From a virus: 64,000 nucleotides of DNA. The notes beneath the pieces were generated by a model that saw nothing but the letters and a program-made list of their open reading frames with translations, made no database searches and was not told the origin of the DNA. This document shows positions 47,506-56,943 of the stretch, one piece after another. Position 1 is the stretch's first letter. The number at the start of each line of letters is the position of its first letter. The translations under genes and the position numbers were made by a program. The stretch lies in IMG/VR virus record IMGVR_UViG_3300020455_000616; one strand, written 5' to 3'.

Positions 47506-50500
47506 TTAAGTTCCTAATCCTTTACCTTTTTTATAGTTGTCTTCACTACCATATCTTGCGACGGTATTAGTATAGTCTTGAGTATTTTTAAATCCTGCTT
47601 TTTTTGCACGATCAGCATACTCTTTCTTTGACTTCTGCTTTTCAAGGTACTTACCAGTTCCAGCAGTAGATTTAACACCCTTTGCTTTCTTCACTTGTCC
47701 CTCTGGTTTACCAGTGTCCTTACGGATACTAGTTCTAACTGCTCTCATTACACGACTGGAAGTTCCACCCTTCTCGGTTGGTCTACCTTTAGGCATGTTC
47801 ATAGAACCAGATGACTTACCAGTCTCCTTTTCATACCTGTTCAATTCAACTACTGTCTCTTCTTTAGATACTGTAGCACGTCCACCACCTTTTTTGATAC
47901 TGTCAGCAAATTTCTTCGCTGTCTTCTCATCTTGATAGGAGAACTGTGAAGGTTTATTGTCCTTATCAGTCTTAGCAAGTACTCTATATGCTTCAAAATG
48001 AGGGTTCTTCATCTTAGGACCTTTCATAAGATCCTTACGTGCCTTCTCATTATTTGCCTTACGCTTTTCCCAATTAGGTTCATCGTAAGTATCATCCTTC
48101 TTCTTACCTTCAAGAACTTGACCTTCAGGTTCAAAGTGAGCAACAACATCACCTCCAGCACCTGCCCTTACAGCCTGTACCTTTTTCTGAAGAATCTGTC
48201 GCTTCATTACAGCAACCTTCTTCTCCTTCCTTTCAATCTGCTTATTCATACCCTCTGCTTTTTTATCTGCAGGAGCAGAACCTGCATCATCCTTTTTTAA
48301 ATCTAATGCTTCGTTCGCTTTTTTGTTTTTTACGTATGCAGTATAGGTAGGACTCTTTGCCTTTACCTTTTCACCTGCTCTTCTCTTTGCTTTGTTACCT
48401 TCACCTCTATCAGAGTCTTCCCAATCACCAGTTGATTTTTGAGATGGAGGATGAATAGATGACTTCATAGCAGCTTTGGAATAACCTTTACCACCAAGTC
48501 TTTCATCAATTTCAACTTCTTCACGAGCAGTATGACCACTAGGTTGTCTACCCATTGATACGTCTTGTTGACGCATCTTTGCTAATAATTCACGTTGCTT
48601 GCGTATCTTTTCTCTTTGAGACTCAGTTTGTTTACGCTCAGTATTCTGTTGTTTATTAGACAAATCAGGGTTTACACCACCACCTTTGGGGTCTATGGCT
48701 TCTTTATTGAGTTTTTTTTTATTCCAAGAATCAAGTGCGTCTACTGGACGACCACCTTTAGCAAGAGTTGCTTTCTTATGTGCTTGGAATGCAGCAGCAC
48801 TTTTTTCTCTAGCAGACTTATCTGCAGAAGCTTTTGCTGCTTGCTTTGCTACGTTCGCTTTACTCATAGCATCAATTTTTTTGACACTTGGATGTAGTTC
48901 TTCACTTACTTCATCTTCTTTAACACAATTAGGAACAACCTTTCCACCCTTCTTCTTTGTACCCTTTGCCTTGTAACCATCCCAACAAGAGTCTGCACCC
49001 ACATTCTTACGTGCTTGCTTCATCTTACCTTCAACATTTAATGTCTTAGGATAGTCCTTGTCACCTTTCTTAGCAGGTGCTTCTCCTCTCTTTCTCTTAG
49101 CATGGATGTTATCCCAGAGACCTTTCTTCTCCTCGACTTCCTCTACTTCTTCCCTCTGCTGTCCACCTTCGATTGCTCGGATTGCTAGTTTACTACCTGC
49201 TTTACTAATTCCCTTTGCTCTCTTCCATGCTTTGTCACGTTTCTGTGTAGCTTTTTTACTATCTGCACCATCAAAAGCAGAATGAACACCACTACTAGAT
49301 GCTTTTTGTAAACTATCAGCAGTAGCTTTGTTGATATAACTTGATAGAGTTGTGGATTTTAGTTCTTCAATGTTTGCAACTTGTTCATTAGTTAATTCAT
49401 CAACACCTAATACGTATCCCCCAAGGGTTTCAATTCCTTCTTCTAGTTTAGGATTAATGATAATAGTGTTTTTACCCTTGAGTTCCTGTATCTTTTTTGG
49501 CGTAGACTCCTTCTTAATAATTTCAGTTAAGTCAAACTCTTCCTTCCAATTAGAGAACTCTTCCTTCTTAACCTTCTTACCCATTGCCTTTTTAATGGCT
49601 CTATCTTTAGAACCTTTATACTCTGCCTTTGGAGATTCTAACTTACCATCCTTATCGAAGTCCTTCTTCGCCTTTTTTTGTGCGGGGAACTTACCAGGAT
49701 TCTTTTTATCTTCAGGTTTCTCATCATATGTTGTACCATATGAAGTACCTGTTACAGAACTAATCTGAGGATTCTTCCGTAATTCATACTTCTTCTTGGC
49801 ATCTGCATACCTACGGTATTGCTTACCTTGACCTTTTACTGGGGTAACAAGAACTTTATCCTTACCCTTCTTTTTAGAAGGAGTTGATACTTTCTTTGCC
49901 TTTGCTTCTTCTATAGAACTAGGTGCAGTATCCTCTATATCATGCTCTATAACTTTACCTTCTGCATCCTTTTCATGATGCTCATTTGCTTTTCTTTGAC
50001 CTTTTTGAGCTTGCTTCTTAAGTCCTTTCTTAAGACCTGCAACATATCCTACCGCTTTAACTGGTAATTTAATTGCTGTATCAGCAACTTCACCTGCTGC
50101 ACTAAAAGTCTTATCAACTGCTGATCCAATGGATTCCTGTTGTGTCTCTTCGTTTGCTTTTCTTTGACCTTTTTGAGCTTGCTTCTTAAGTCCTTTCTTA
50201 AGACCTGCGACATATCCAACTGCCTTTACAGGTAGTTTAATTGCTGTATCAGCAACTTCACCTGCTGCACTAAAACTCTTATCAATTGCGGAACCGATAG
50301 ATTCTTTTGCAACCTTCTTCTTCATACCATATCCTTCCTTCTTATCTAAAGGTCCTGGTCTTGTATCACCTTTAGACTTACGCTTCTTCTCTAATCTTTG
50401 TAATGCTGCAAATACTTCAGGGGGAAGTTGTGGTGCTTCAGATATCCTTTCAACCTCTTCCTTCTGTCCACCACCAAAAAGCATTCCTTTAGCAAGTTCT

Positions 50501-50766
50501 TTAACAGGACTAGGCGCACTAGAATTTTGAAGGGTTTGTGTAAACGCCTTCTCCAAAGGAATATCATCCCGTCTTGCCTTATAACGAGTGTCATATGCTA
50601 GCTGTCTTGCAGCCTTTTTAGTTTGATCTTCCGCAGTACCACCTTCGCTACCACCAGATGCTTTAGAATCTGATCCAGCTCCAGCAGTAGATTTTGGCTT
50701 GATCTTTGCTTCCATCTCAGTAAGATATACTTTATGGAGATCTGTTACTACATGCTTTAAAGTCAT
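47506..50766 (-). CDS. 1086-aa Lys-rich modular protein (candidate internal-head polyprotein)
   Basis: Basic modules separated by short acidic E motifs; internal 56-aa-period duplication. Confidence 0.75.
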   Translation of the reverse strand: MTLKHVVTDLHKVYLTEMEAKIKPKSTAGAGSDSKASGGSEGGTAEDQTKKAARQLAYDTRYKARRDDIPLEKAFTQTLQNSSAPSPVKELAKGMLFGGGQKEEVERISEAPQLPPEVFAALQRLEKKRKSKGDTRPGPLDKKEGYGMKKKVAKESIGSAIDKSFSAAGEVADTAIKLPVKAVGYVAGLKKGLKKQAQKGQRKANEETQQESIGSAVDKTFSAAGEVADTAIKLPVKAVGYVAGLKKGLKKQAQKGQRKANEHHEKDAEGKVIEHDIEDTAPSSIEEAKAKKVSTPSKKKGKDKVLVTPVKGQGKQYRRYADAKKKYELRKNPQISSVTGTSYGTTYDEKPEDKKNPGKFPAQKKAKKDFDKDGKLESPKAEYKGSKDRAIKKAMGKKVKKEEFSNWKEEFDLTEIIKKESTPKKIQELKGKNTIIINPKLEEGIETLGGYVLGVDELTNEQVANIEELKSTTLSSYINKATADSLQKASSSGVHSAFDGADSKKATQKRDKAWKRAKGISKAGSKLAIRAIEGGQQREEVEEVEEKKGLWDNIHAKRKRGEAPAKKGDKDYPKTLNVEGKMKQARKNVGADSCWDGYKAKGTKKKGGKVVPNCVKEDEVSEELHPSVKKIDAMSKANVAKQAAKASADKSAREKSAAAFQAHKKATLAKGGRPVDALDSWNKKKLNKEAIDPKGGGVNPDLSNKQQNTERKQTESQREKIRKQRELLAKMRQQDVSMGRQPSGHTAREEVEIDERLGGKGYSKAAMKSSIHPPSQKSTGDWEDSDRGEGNKAKRRAGEKVKAKSPTYTAYVKNKKANEALDLKKDDAGSAPADKKAEGMNKQIERKEKKVAVMKRQILQKKVQAVRAGAGGDVVAHFEPEGQVLEGKKKDDTYDEPNWEKRKANNEKARKDLMKGPKMKNPHFEAYRVLAKTDKDNKPSQFSYQDEKTAKKFADSIKKGGGRATVSKEETVVELNRYEKETGKSSGSMNMPKGRPTEKGGTSSRVMRAVRTSIRKDTGKPEGQVKKAKGVKSTAGTGKYLEKQKSKKEYADRAKKAGFKNTQDYTNTVARYGSEDNYKKGKGLGT
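49981..50304. repeat. Tandem duplication, 168-nt period (49981-50136, 50149-50304)
   Basis: ESIGSA(I/V)DK(S/T)FSAAGEVADTAIKLPVKAVGYVAGLKKGLKKQAQKGQRKANE twice. Confidence 0.95.
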
Positions 50767-50800
50767 TATTCTTATTAAAGAAACCTACTTTTTCCTATAT

Positions 50801-51442
50801 TTATTTATAATTAGGGAAGTTGTGAATTTTTTTAGTGTTAGTTAAACGCATTACATACTTTCTGAATGCGTCAGTACCTACTTCTCTTTTACGAGAATCA
50901 GGTTCACCAGACTGATCAGTCCATTCTACAACATCTCTAATCCAACATTTAAACATTTCAGGGTCTGCACTCTCACTAAATCCAAACTCATCATATTCTC
51001 CAGGTTCTCCAGTAAGACATATCAAATGATTAGTTCCCCTGCGAATTACCTTACCAGACTGACCTGTTACAGTATGACGAATATAAGAACCTTCTTTAAA
51101 AATAGCACCAGAGATGTAGAGTTCTCTTAACTCATCTTCTCTTTGCCTATCTCTAAGTTCAATACTTTCTTTATTTGCCTTTGCCTTTTTCCTAAAAGTT
51201 TGAGTAGCAACTGGTCGTTGGTTTGCTGTGGTTCTAACTTGCTTTGGATCTTGTGCTCCAATAACTTGGTTCTGATTATAGAACTTCAGTTTACCATTAG
51301 AACTTTTTGCAATAAACTCACCAGTCTTTTTATCATGGTATCCACCATGACCATCAGGAACTAACCCAAGTCTTCTACCTTGTAATGCAGCAATAGACTT
51401 TATCTGCCCAGCTTCTTTTAAGAATTTGGAAAAAGTTTTCAT
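50801..51442 (-). CDS. Hypothetical protein with capsid-targeting-like N-terminus
   Basis: MKTFSKFLKE; DGHGGY; GKVIRRGTNHL. Confidence 0.75.
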   Translation of the reverse strand: MKTFSKFLKEAGQIKSIAALQGRRLGLVPDGHGGYHDKKTGEFIAKSSNGKLKFYNQNQVIGAQDPKQVRTTANQRPVATQTFRKKAKANKESIELRDRQREDELRELYISGAIFKEGSYIRHTVTGQSGKVIRRGTNHLICLTGEPGEYDEFGFSESADPEMFKCWIRDVVEWTDQSGEPDSRKREVGTDAFRKYVMRLTNTKKIHNFPNYK

Positions 51443-51484
51443 AATACTAGATCTAGTTTTATCATCAATATAAGATATATTTAT

Positions 51485-52597
51485 TTATGTGTTGTTTGAA
51501 GTGCGTTCTTCAGACCCACGACGACTACTCATATACTCTTTAGTAAAGATACCACCACGGACACCTCTAGAACTACCACTTTTACCTGGTGCTTTTACAT
51601 CTGCACTAACTTTTCTATTTGCTTCTCCTTTACGAGCACCTAACGTAGGTGCATAATTACCTGTTAGATCACCTACATGATGTATACTATGCTTTGTAAA
51701 GTGAATATCTAATACATCAGAAGGACCACCACTAAAATTAATCTCACCCTGAGCAAAGACAGAACATTTATTCTTTCCTTGACTTGACTTATTACCAATT
51801 CCTTCATGACCAAAGACTGCCTTCTCCTTTAAACCTTTATCACTAATAGATCTATAAACATCATGACCTATATCATCCCAGTTATTACCAATAAGATTTC
51901 TCCAATCAACAACTTCCTTATGTTTATTAATACTAGAACCAGCATTAGCAGATATACCAGAATACTGTTGGAATGAAGTAGCACTCTCACCCTTCTTATA
52001 AGTTATGAATGCTTTCTCATCGCCTTTACTATTAACTAATATAATATCAGCATGCGATAATGATTCACCACCTATTGCTCCAATGATATCATCATAGGTT
52101 CCACTTGCTAATCTTACCTTACATGGTGCAATATCTTTTAACTTCTGATTAATCTTTGTTATTATATTAACTTCGTCTCTATTCCTAGGTGTTCTCTTTA
52201 ACTTAGGTTTACGTTTAAATACATTAAGTAATTGTTTATTCCACATTCTAGTAGTGTCAACAGATTTACCATCTGCATATTTAAAAAATATTATACATCC
52301 TACTTCATTCCTTCCTTCAGTAATATAACCAGTCACTAATAAAGACTCAAAAGTAGAACTTGCATGTTTAGTTTGTTTAACCTTTAACTTCAAGTCATTA
52401 GTCATTATAGATTTTACAAATCTCCTATTACCAGTACGATCATCACCCAATACTTTTATCTGAAGGTGTTTACCTGTATTAATATTACCAGGCATCTTCT
52501 CATATTTGACATCAAATATACCTTCGTCTTTAGAACCACTAATATTTTGTTTTAATATTTTAAAAATTCTATCTCTAGCAATAGTAGGATTTGCCAT
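51485..52597 (-). CDS. Hypothetical protein, possible PD-(D/E)xK nuclease fold
   Basis: HADIILV...ITYKK...FQQYSG. Confidence 0.45.
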   Translation of the reverse strand: MANPTIARDRIFKILKQNISGSKDEGIFDVKYEKMPGNINTGKHLQIKVLGDDRTGNRRFVKSIMTNDLKLKVKQTKHASSTFESLLVTGYITEGRNEVGCIIFFKYADGKSVDTTRMWNKQLLNVFKRKPKLKRTPRNRDEVNIITKINQKLKDIAPCKVRLASGTYDDIIGAIGGESLSHADIILVNSKGDEKAFITYKKGESATSFQQYSGISANAGSSINKHKEVVDWRNLIGNNWDDIGHDVYRSISDKGLKEKAVFGHEGIGNKSSQGKNKCSVFAQGEINFSGGPSDVLDIHFTKHSIHHVGDLTGNYAPTLGARKGEANRKVSADVKAPGKSGSSRGVRGGIFTKEYMSSRRGSEERTSNNT

Positions 52598-52617
52598 TCA
52601 TCTTCCCCCATACAAAT

Positions 52618-53076
52618 CTATTTAGAGAAGCTTAATGTAATTCTTGGATTACTTGCTATAGGGTTATGCCATGTTCCTTTATGAATACGAAGACTATCTC
52701 CAGGTTCTAGAGTTACAGTCTCTATCTCCCCAACTTCATATGGTGTTCCAATATCAAGTTCATATGTTATCGTACCATATGATTGAACAATCAAAACTTC
52801 TACAGGATCTTGATGTCTACCATAGGTTACAGACTTCTCTCCAAAAGAATAATATATGTGTAGTGTAGGTACATCATATGTCTGATTAACATAATCTCTT
52901 ACCTCACTAATAGTTCCAGGATAAAACTCACTAAAACAAATAAAAGTTGGCAATGTAGTCTCATCATACAATGCCGTTAAAGTATTATACTTATGCTCTT
53001 CACAAGTTTTTATTATAACATCTTCCCATGATACCATGTCGGATTTTGGGAATTCGTTTCTAGTTAAAGTATACAT
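52618..53076 (-). CDS. Cupin/JmjC-like oxygenase (paralog of 36957)
   Basis: YGRHQDP, LEPGDSL...WHNP, RITLSF. Confidence 0.8.
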   Translation of the reverse strand: MYTLTRNEFPKSDMVSWEDVIIKTCEEHKYNTLTALYDETTLPTFICFSEFYPGTISEVRDYVNQTYDVPTLHIYYSFGEKSVTYGRHQDPVEVLIVQSYGTITYELDIGTPYEVGEIETVTLEPGDSLRIHKGTWHNPIASNPRITLSFSK

Positions 53077-53693
53077 GTTGAATGTGATGGTACATAATCA
53101 AGACACAAAAGAGTCCTAGAAGACTTCATATTATTCTCAACCCTATGTTCTGACATAGGATGGAATATATAAAACTCTTTATTCTGCATCTTCTTAGTTT
53201 CAACTTGACCAGATTCATTCCTGATTTGAATAATAGAATCATTATCATCATCAGGATCAATATCTAATCCCCATAGTATACGTAGTAATTGTACACCAGG
53301 AATATAATCAGTATCTAAATGCCAATCTAAATTCTGACCAGCATCTAAAACATTTAAAGCACATACAGATAAGATACCAATCTCATATAAGGTATCAGCA
53401 AGGGTTGGTAATACCTCTGTGTTAGATCTGTATTCATTCTCCTCCACATATAAAGGGGCAATATGCCAACCCTTCTCACTAAAATTCCTATGCTTTGCTT
53501 TAGCATAGGAGTCATAGTTTATTGGGTATCCTCTAGAATTAGTTTCAATAAATCCTTTTTGTTCTTTAGTAAAATCCTTGAACTCCAAATAGGATTCATG
53601 ATTTTTATATTCAGTATGAATAAATTCATGCCTATCATTTAATAGAGATAGTTTAGGTTCTATATCTTGATAGTCTATGAATTTAGTCATCAT
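53064..53693 (-). CDS. Asp/Asn beta-hydroxylase-like oxygenase
   Basis: VLDAGQNLDWHLD, SEHRVEN, RTLLCLD. Confidence 0.75.
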   Translation of the reverse strand: MMTKFIDYQDIEPKLSLLNDRHEFIHTEYKNHESYLEFKDFTKEQKGFIETNSRGYPINYDSYAKAKHRNFSEKGWHIAPLYVEENEYRSNTEVLPTLADTLYEIGILSVCALNVLDAGQNLDWHLDTDYIPGVQLLRILWGLDIDPDDDNDSIIQIRNESGQVETKKMQNKEFYIFHPMSEHRVENNMKSSRTLLCLDYVPSHSTCIL

Positions 53694-53738
53694 GCATTCC
53701 CCAATCCCAGATTTTTTTTAGGAACTCTAGTATTTTTT

Positions 53739-54122
53739 TCATACCCAAACAGTAGCAGTTATTTCAAGAGACATATCATCCATCTCCCATTCCTCCTCAA
53801 CTTGGAATCCCAGTTCTTTGACAGTATTATAAACTGTCATCCTAGCATACTGTTGAGTAACCTTATCAATAAACCTATTTACAGGAACATCCAAATTCCA
53901 AGTCTCTTGATCAGCAACTAACTCATAAGTTCCTGTGTTCTTATTCAATCTAAATCCAATATCATCACTAATAGCAACATCAACATTCCACTGTTTATGT
54001 TGATGATCAAGAGGATTTTCTAATTTAGAATCCTGAATTACATCATACTGTAGGAGTTCTAATGCTTCTATAAGTTCAGGTTTATTCTTGATTTTGGTCT
54101 TGATTGTGCTGAAGTGTGACAT
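53739..54122 (-). CDS. ycf35: DUF1257/Ycf35 family protein
   Basis: MSHFSTIKTKI, IGF, YELVAD, VTQQYA, GFQVEEE. Confidence 0.85.
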   Translation of the reverse strand: MSHFSTIKTKIKNKPELIEALELLQYDVIQDSKLENPLDHQHKQWNVDVAISDDIGFRLNKNTGTYELVADQETWNLDVPVNRFIDKVTQQYARMTVYNTVKELGFQVEEEWEMDDMSLEITATVWV

Positions 54123-54306
54123 TTTTCTGTGTGTTTTGTTGATAGTATTCTGGTTTATGAACTCTATTTTCTAAAGTACCCAACTTCTTCTCAATCTCTG
54201 CAGTGAGATTCTCACAGACCTCACCAGTAAATCCTATAACTTCTTCAGTTACAGTACCGTCTTGTCTAATATTAAACTTAAGAATCTTCTTACTCATTGA
54301 AATCAT
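54082..54306 (-). CDS. DUF2997 family protein
   Basis: IRQDGTVTEEVIGFTGEVC...IEKKLG, KPEYYQ. Confidence 0.85.
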   Translation of the reverse strand: MISMSKKILKFNIRQDGTVTEEVIGFTGEVCENLTAEIEKKLGTLENRVHKPEYYQQNTQKNVTLQHNQDQNQE

Positions 54307-54713
54307 AGATCCCCTTCTTTACGATTTTCTGATTTATGTACATCAAACTCTCCACCAGGATATCTAGATTTAAGTTTGTCTACATTCATCTCAATAATTT
54401 CATTAAAGTTAGTATTTAGTGCCATGCAAGCTTGAGCAAGATACCAACAAATATCTCCCAACTCTCTCTTCATATGGAAGACATTCTCTTCACTATAAGG
54501 TTTACCTTGGAAGATAATTTTTTTAACAACTTCAGTAAACTCTCCAGACTCAGCAGATAATCCAACAGCAGCAGTAAGGAGACGTTCAATATTAGCACTT
54601 TTACCATTCAATTCTTGAAGTCTATAAATGAATGCATCAAAGTCTTGTGATGGAGAACTTGTTACACCATCTACAAATTGAGCATATCTATCAAAATCAA
54701 TTTCTTTTGTCAT
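54303..54713 (-). CDS. mazG: MazG-like NTP pyrophosphohydrolase
   Basis: GLSAESGEFTEVVKK, ELGDICWY, NVDKLKSRYP. Confidence 0.93.
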   Translation of the reverse strand: MTKEIDFDRYAQFVDGVTSSPSQDFDAFIYRLQELNGKSANIERLLTAAVGLSAESGEFTEVVKKIIFQGKPYSEENVFHMKRELGDICWYLAQACMALNTNFNEIIEMNVDKLKSRYPGGEFDVHKSENRKEGDL

Positions 54714-55936
54714 CTAGTATTACCGTAATGAATAACCTTTAAAGTATCTGAACTAAACTTCCTCCAAGGATCAACAACTATACTACCTTCTGGAATCTCA
54801 CAATATAGTTCATCACTATCTGGATTGTCCCAATATCGGTAGGTTGTCGTTGCACTATGAGCAAGTAAAAACACAGCAGGTTTGTTGCTATCATACGTGT
54901 CTCCAGTGCATTTGTCAACGTAAGATACAGAAATATTCTCTGTGTACGGTGCTGCTACTTCTTTACAAAAATGACCAACTAATAAACTATAACTTCCTTC
55001 CGTATATGATACTCTTGGTTTATATGCTTTACCATGAATTACAATAGGCATATTATTATCCCATGCAAGTTCAACTAATTTTAATGCCATGTTCCTTGCT
55101 TGCTCTTCTCTAGATAACATAATACCGTTAAAGAAATCATATCCAAGTCTTAACTTCTTTGCTAAAAATCTAAGAGCAATATTATCTCTAGGATGACAAG
55201 CACCACCATCACCCATACCTGCCTTCATATAAGAAGAATTTATAATCCTAGTTCCTGCTTTACACAAAGCACCAGTTACAACATCAACATTGATATTCCC
55301 TTGCCTCTCAGCAACATCTTGAATCATGTTAACAAAACTAATCTTATTACTAATAAAGGTATTGTAAAAAACTTTTATACATTCACATTCATCCCATGTG
55401 CCAACAATATATGGGGGATCATTCTGTGCAATAGATTTATAAAGTTGAATCAACTCTTTAGCATCACCAGTCTCAGTACCATCTTCAGTACCAATCATTA
55501 CTATCTCTGGATTTGTAAAATCAAATGCAACAGTACCCATAGCAATTAGATAAGGATTATAAACAAACCTACCCTTCATTGGTGTAAATCTTTCTCTTGT
55601 AGTACCAGGTAAAACTGTAGAGATTAAAACAATTAATTGATTATCTACGTACTTATTAACTTCATCTAATACACTCTCAACAATACTATAATTAAAATCT
55701 TTTGGTTCCAAATTCATACATGGTTGACTACCATCATACTCCTTATCATGTGGTGTAGGAACAGCAATAAAAATTATTTGAGATTTACTTACAACATCTT
55801 TAATTGAAGATTGAATGTCTACTAAAGATGTATCTCTAGGTTCAACATCATAACCAAATACAAAATGACCTGCCTTAGCAATCTCCTCAGCACAAGGCAT
55901 GCCAAGTTTACCAAGACCAATAAAACCTATATTCAT
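54710..55936 (-). CDS. UDP-glucose/GDP-mannose dehydrogenase family
   Basis: GLGKLG, IAVPTP, STVLPGT, KVFYNTF, GGACHPRD, GKAYKP. Confidence 0.9.
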   Translation of the reverse strand: MNIGFIGLGKLGMPCAEEIAKAGHFVFGYDVEPRDTSLVDIQSSIKDVVSKSQIIFIAVPTPHDKEYDGSQPCMNLEPKDFNYSIVESVLDEVNKYVDNQLIVLISTVLPGTTRERFTPMKGRFVYNPYLIAMGTVAFDFTNPEIVMIGTEDGTETGDAKELIQLYKSIAQNDPPYIVGTWDECECIKVFYNTFISNKISFVNMIQDVAERQGNINVDVVTGALCKAGTRIINSSYMKAGMGDGGACHPRDNIALRFLAKKLRLGYDFFNGIMLSREEQARNMALKLVELAWDNNMPIVIHGKAYKPRVSYTEGSYSLLVGHFCKEVAAPYTENISVSYVDKCTGDTYDSNKPAVFLLAHSATTTYRYWDNPDSDELYCEIPEGSIVVDPWRKFSSDTLKVIHYGNTR

Positions 55937-56943
55937 TCTCGCTCCAAATCAAGAGTTACACAATGGAATCCACCACTCAAAGTTCTTTGTTGTCTCATTG
56001 GTAACATTGCACATTCTATAGCATGACTCTCAAGTAACTTCCTAGTTGGTTCTTGATTCTCTTCAAGAGCAACTAAGTTTGGATTGATACTAAAAAGATT
56101 CATATTAGTCCACACTGACATATTATTATATCCATTATATGATCCAATATCAACTGCCTCTGGTGCATAGATAACATCCCATTTTTTAAATGGACCTGGC
56201 AACTGATCTTTATCTTTTAATCTAGAAGGATTTGCAAGTATAAGTCCTTCTCTCAAAAATACTAACGTAGTATCAATATGAGAGTATGAATAAACATCTC
56301 TGAGTAAATGAACATCTGCATCACATCCTGCGTCATGTAATTGTTGTTGCAATAACTCAGCACCTAATACATTACCACTATTAGATACTAAGTAGATAAT
56401 ATTATTATCTGCTCTAAGAGTATTAGCAGCATCAAATGCTGGAGTAACTTCATTCAATGCTAAGACATCTGGATTACCAATACAATCCTCATTATATAAT
56501 TCCTCAATATAAGAACAAGGTATCTCTACAGTCTCTGGTAGACAATGCTTCATTGCTCTCCAGTTACCTCTTCTAGATCTTAAAGGCATAGGAGTTGCTA
56601 AAGATAAATTCCTATGGACAAAAACACAATCTCTAGGACAGTAATTATAATATGTTGTTGGTTCTCTTTTTGGACGTACTACCTCTACACCTTCACCCTC
56701 TAAGAACTTAACAAAAACTTCTAAGTCCTCATTCGCTTCATCAATAACTTGTTCAGGAAATGCTCCAACTTTTATAGGTAGATACTCTTCATCACCATAA
56801 CCAAATAACTTCTTCTTTGGTTTAACACCAGCATAGTTAATAGTACGAGAAGACGTATCAACTGGTGGCATAACTGCATGGTCAGCAACACCAACTATAA
56901 CCTTCTTTAATTTTCCCCATTCATTAGAAGCAAGCATTGTCAT
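55933..56943 (-). CDS. Amidinotransferase (AGAT/StrB1 family)
   Basis: NEWGKLKKVIVG, CPRD, FDAAN (Asp), HIDT (His), GGFHC (Cys). Confidence 0.9.
   Translation of the reverse strand: MTMLASNEWGKLKKVIVGVADHAVMPPVDTSSRTINYAGVKPKKKLFGYGDEEYLPIKVGAFPEQVIDEANEDLEVFVKFLEGEGVEVVRPKREPTTYYNYCPRDCVFVHRNLSLATPMPLRSRRGNWRAMKHCLPETVEIPCSYIEELYNEDCIGNPDVLALNEVTPAFDAANTLRADNNIIYLVSNSGNVLGAELLQQQLHDAGCDADVHLLRDVYSYSHIDTTLVFLREGLILANPSRLKDKDQLPGPFKKWDVIYAPEAVDIGSYNGYNNMSVWTNMNLFSINPNLVALEENQEPTRKLLESHAIECAMLPMRQQRTLSGGFHCVTLDLERE

Noticed and set aside
47714-49768. Long hydrophobic plus-strand ORFs
   Set aside because: Antisense mirror of Lys/Glu-rich codons in the 1086-aa gene
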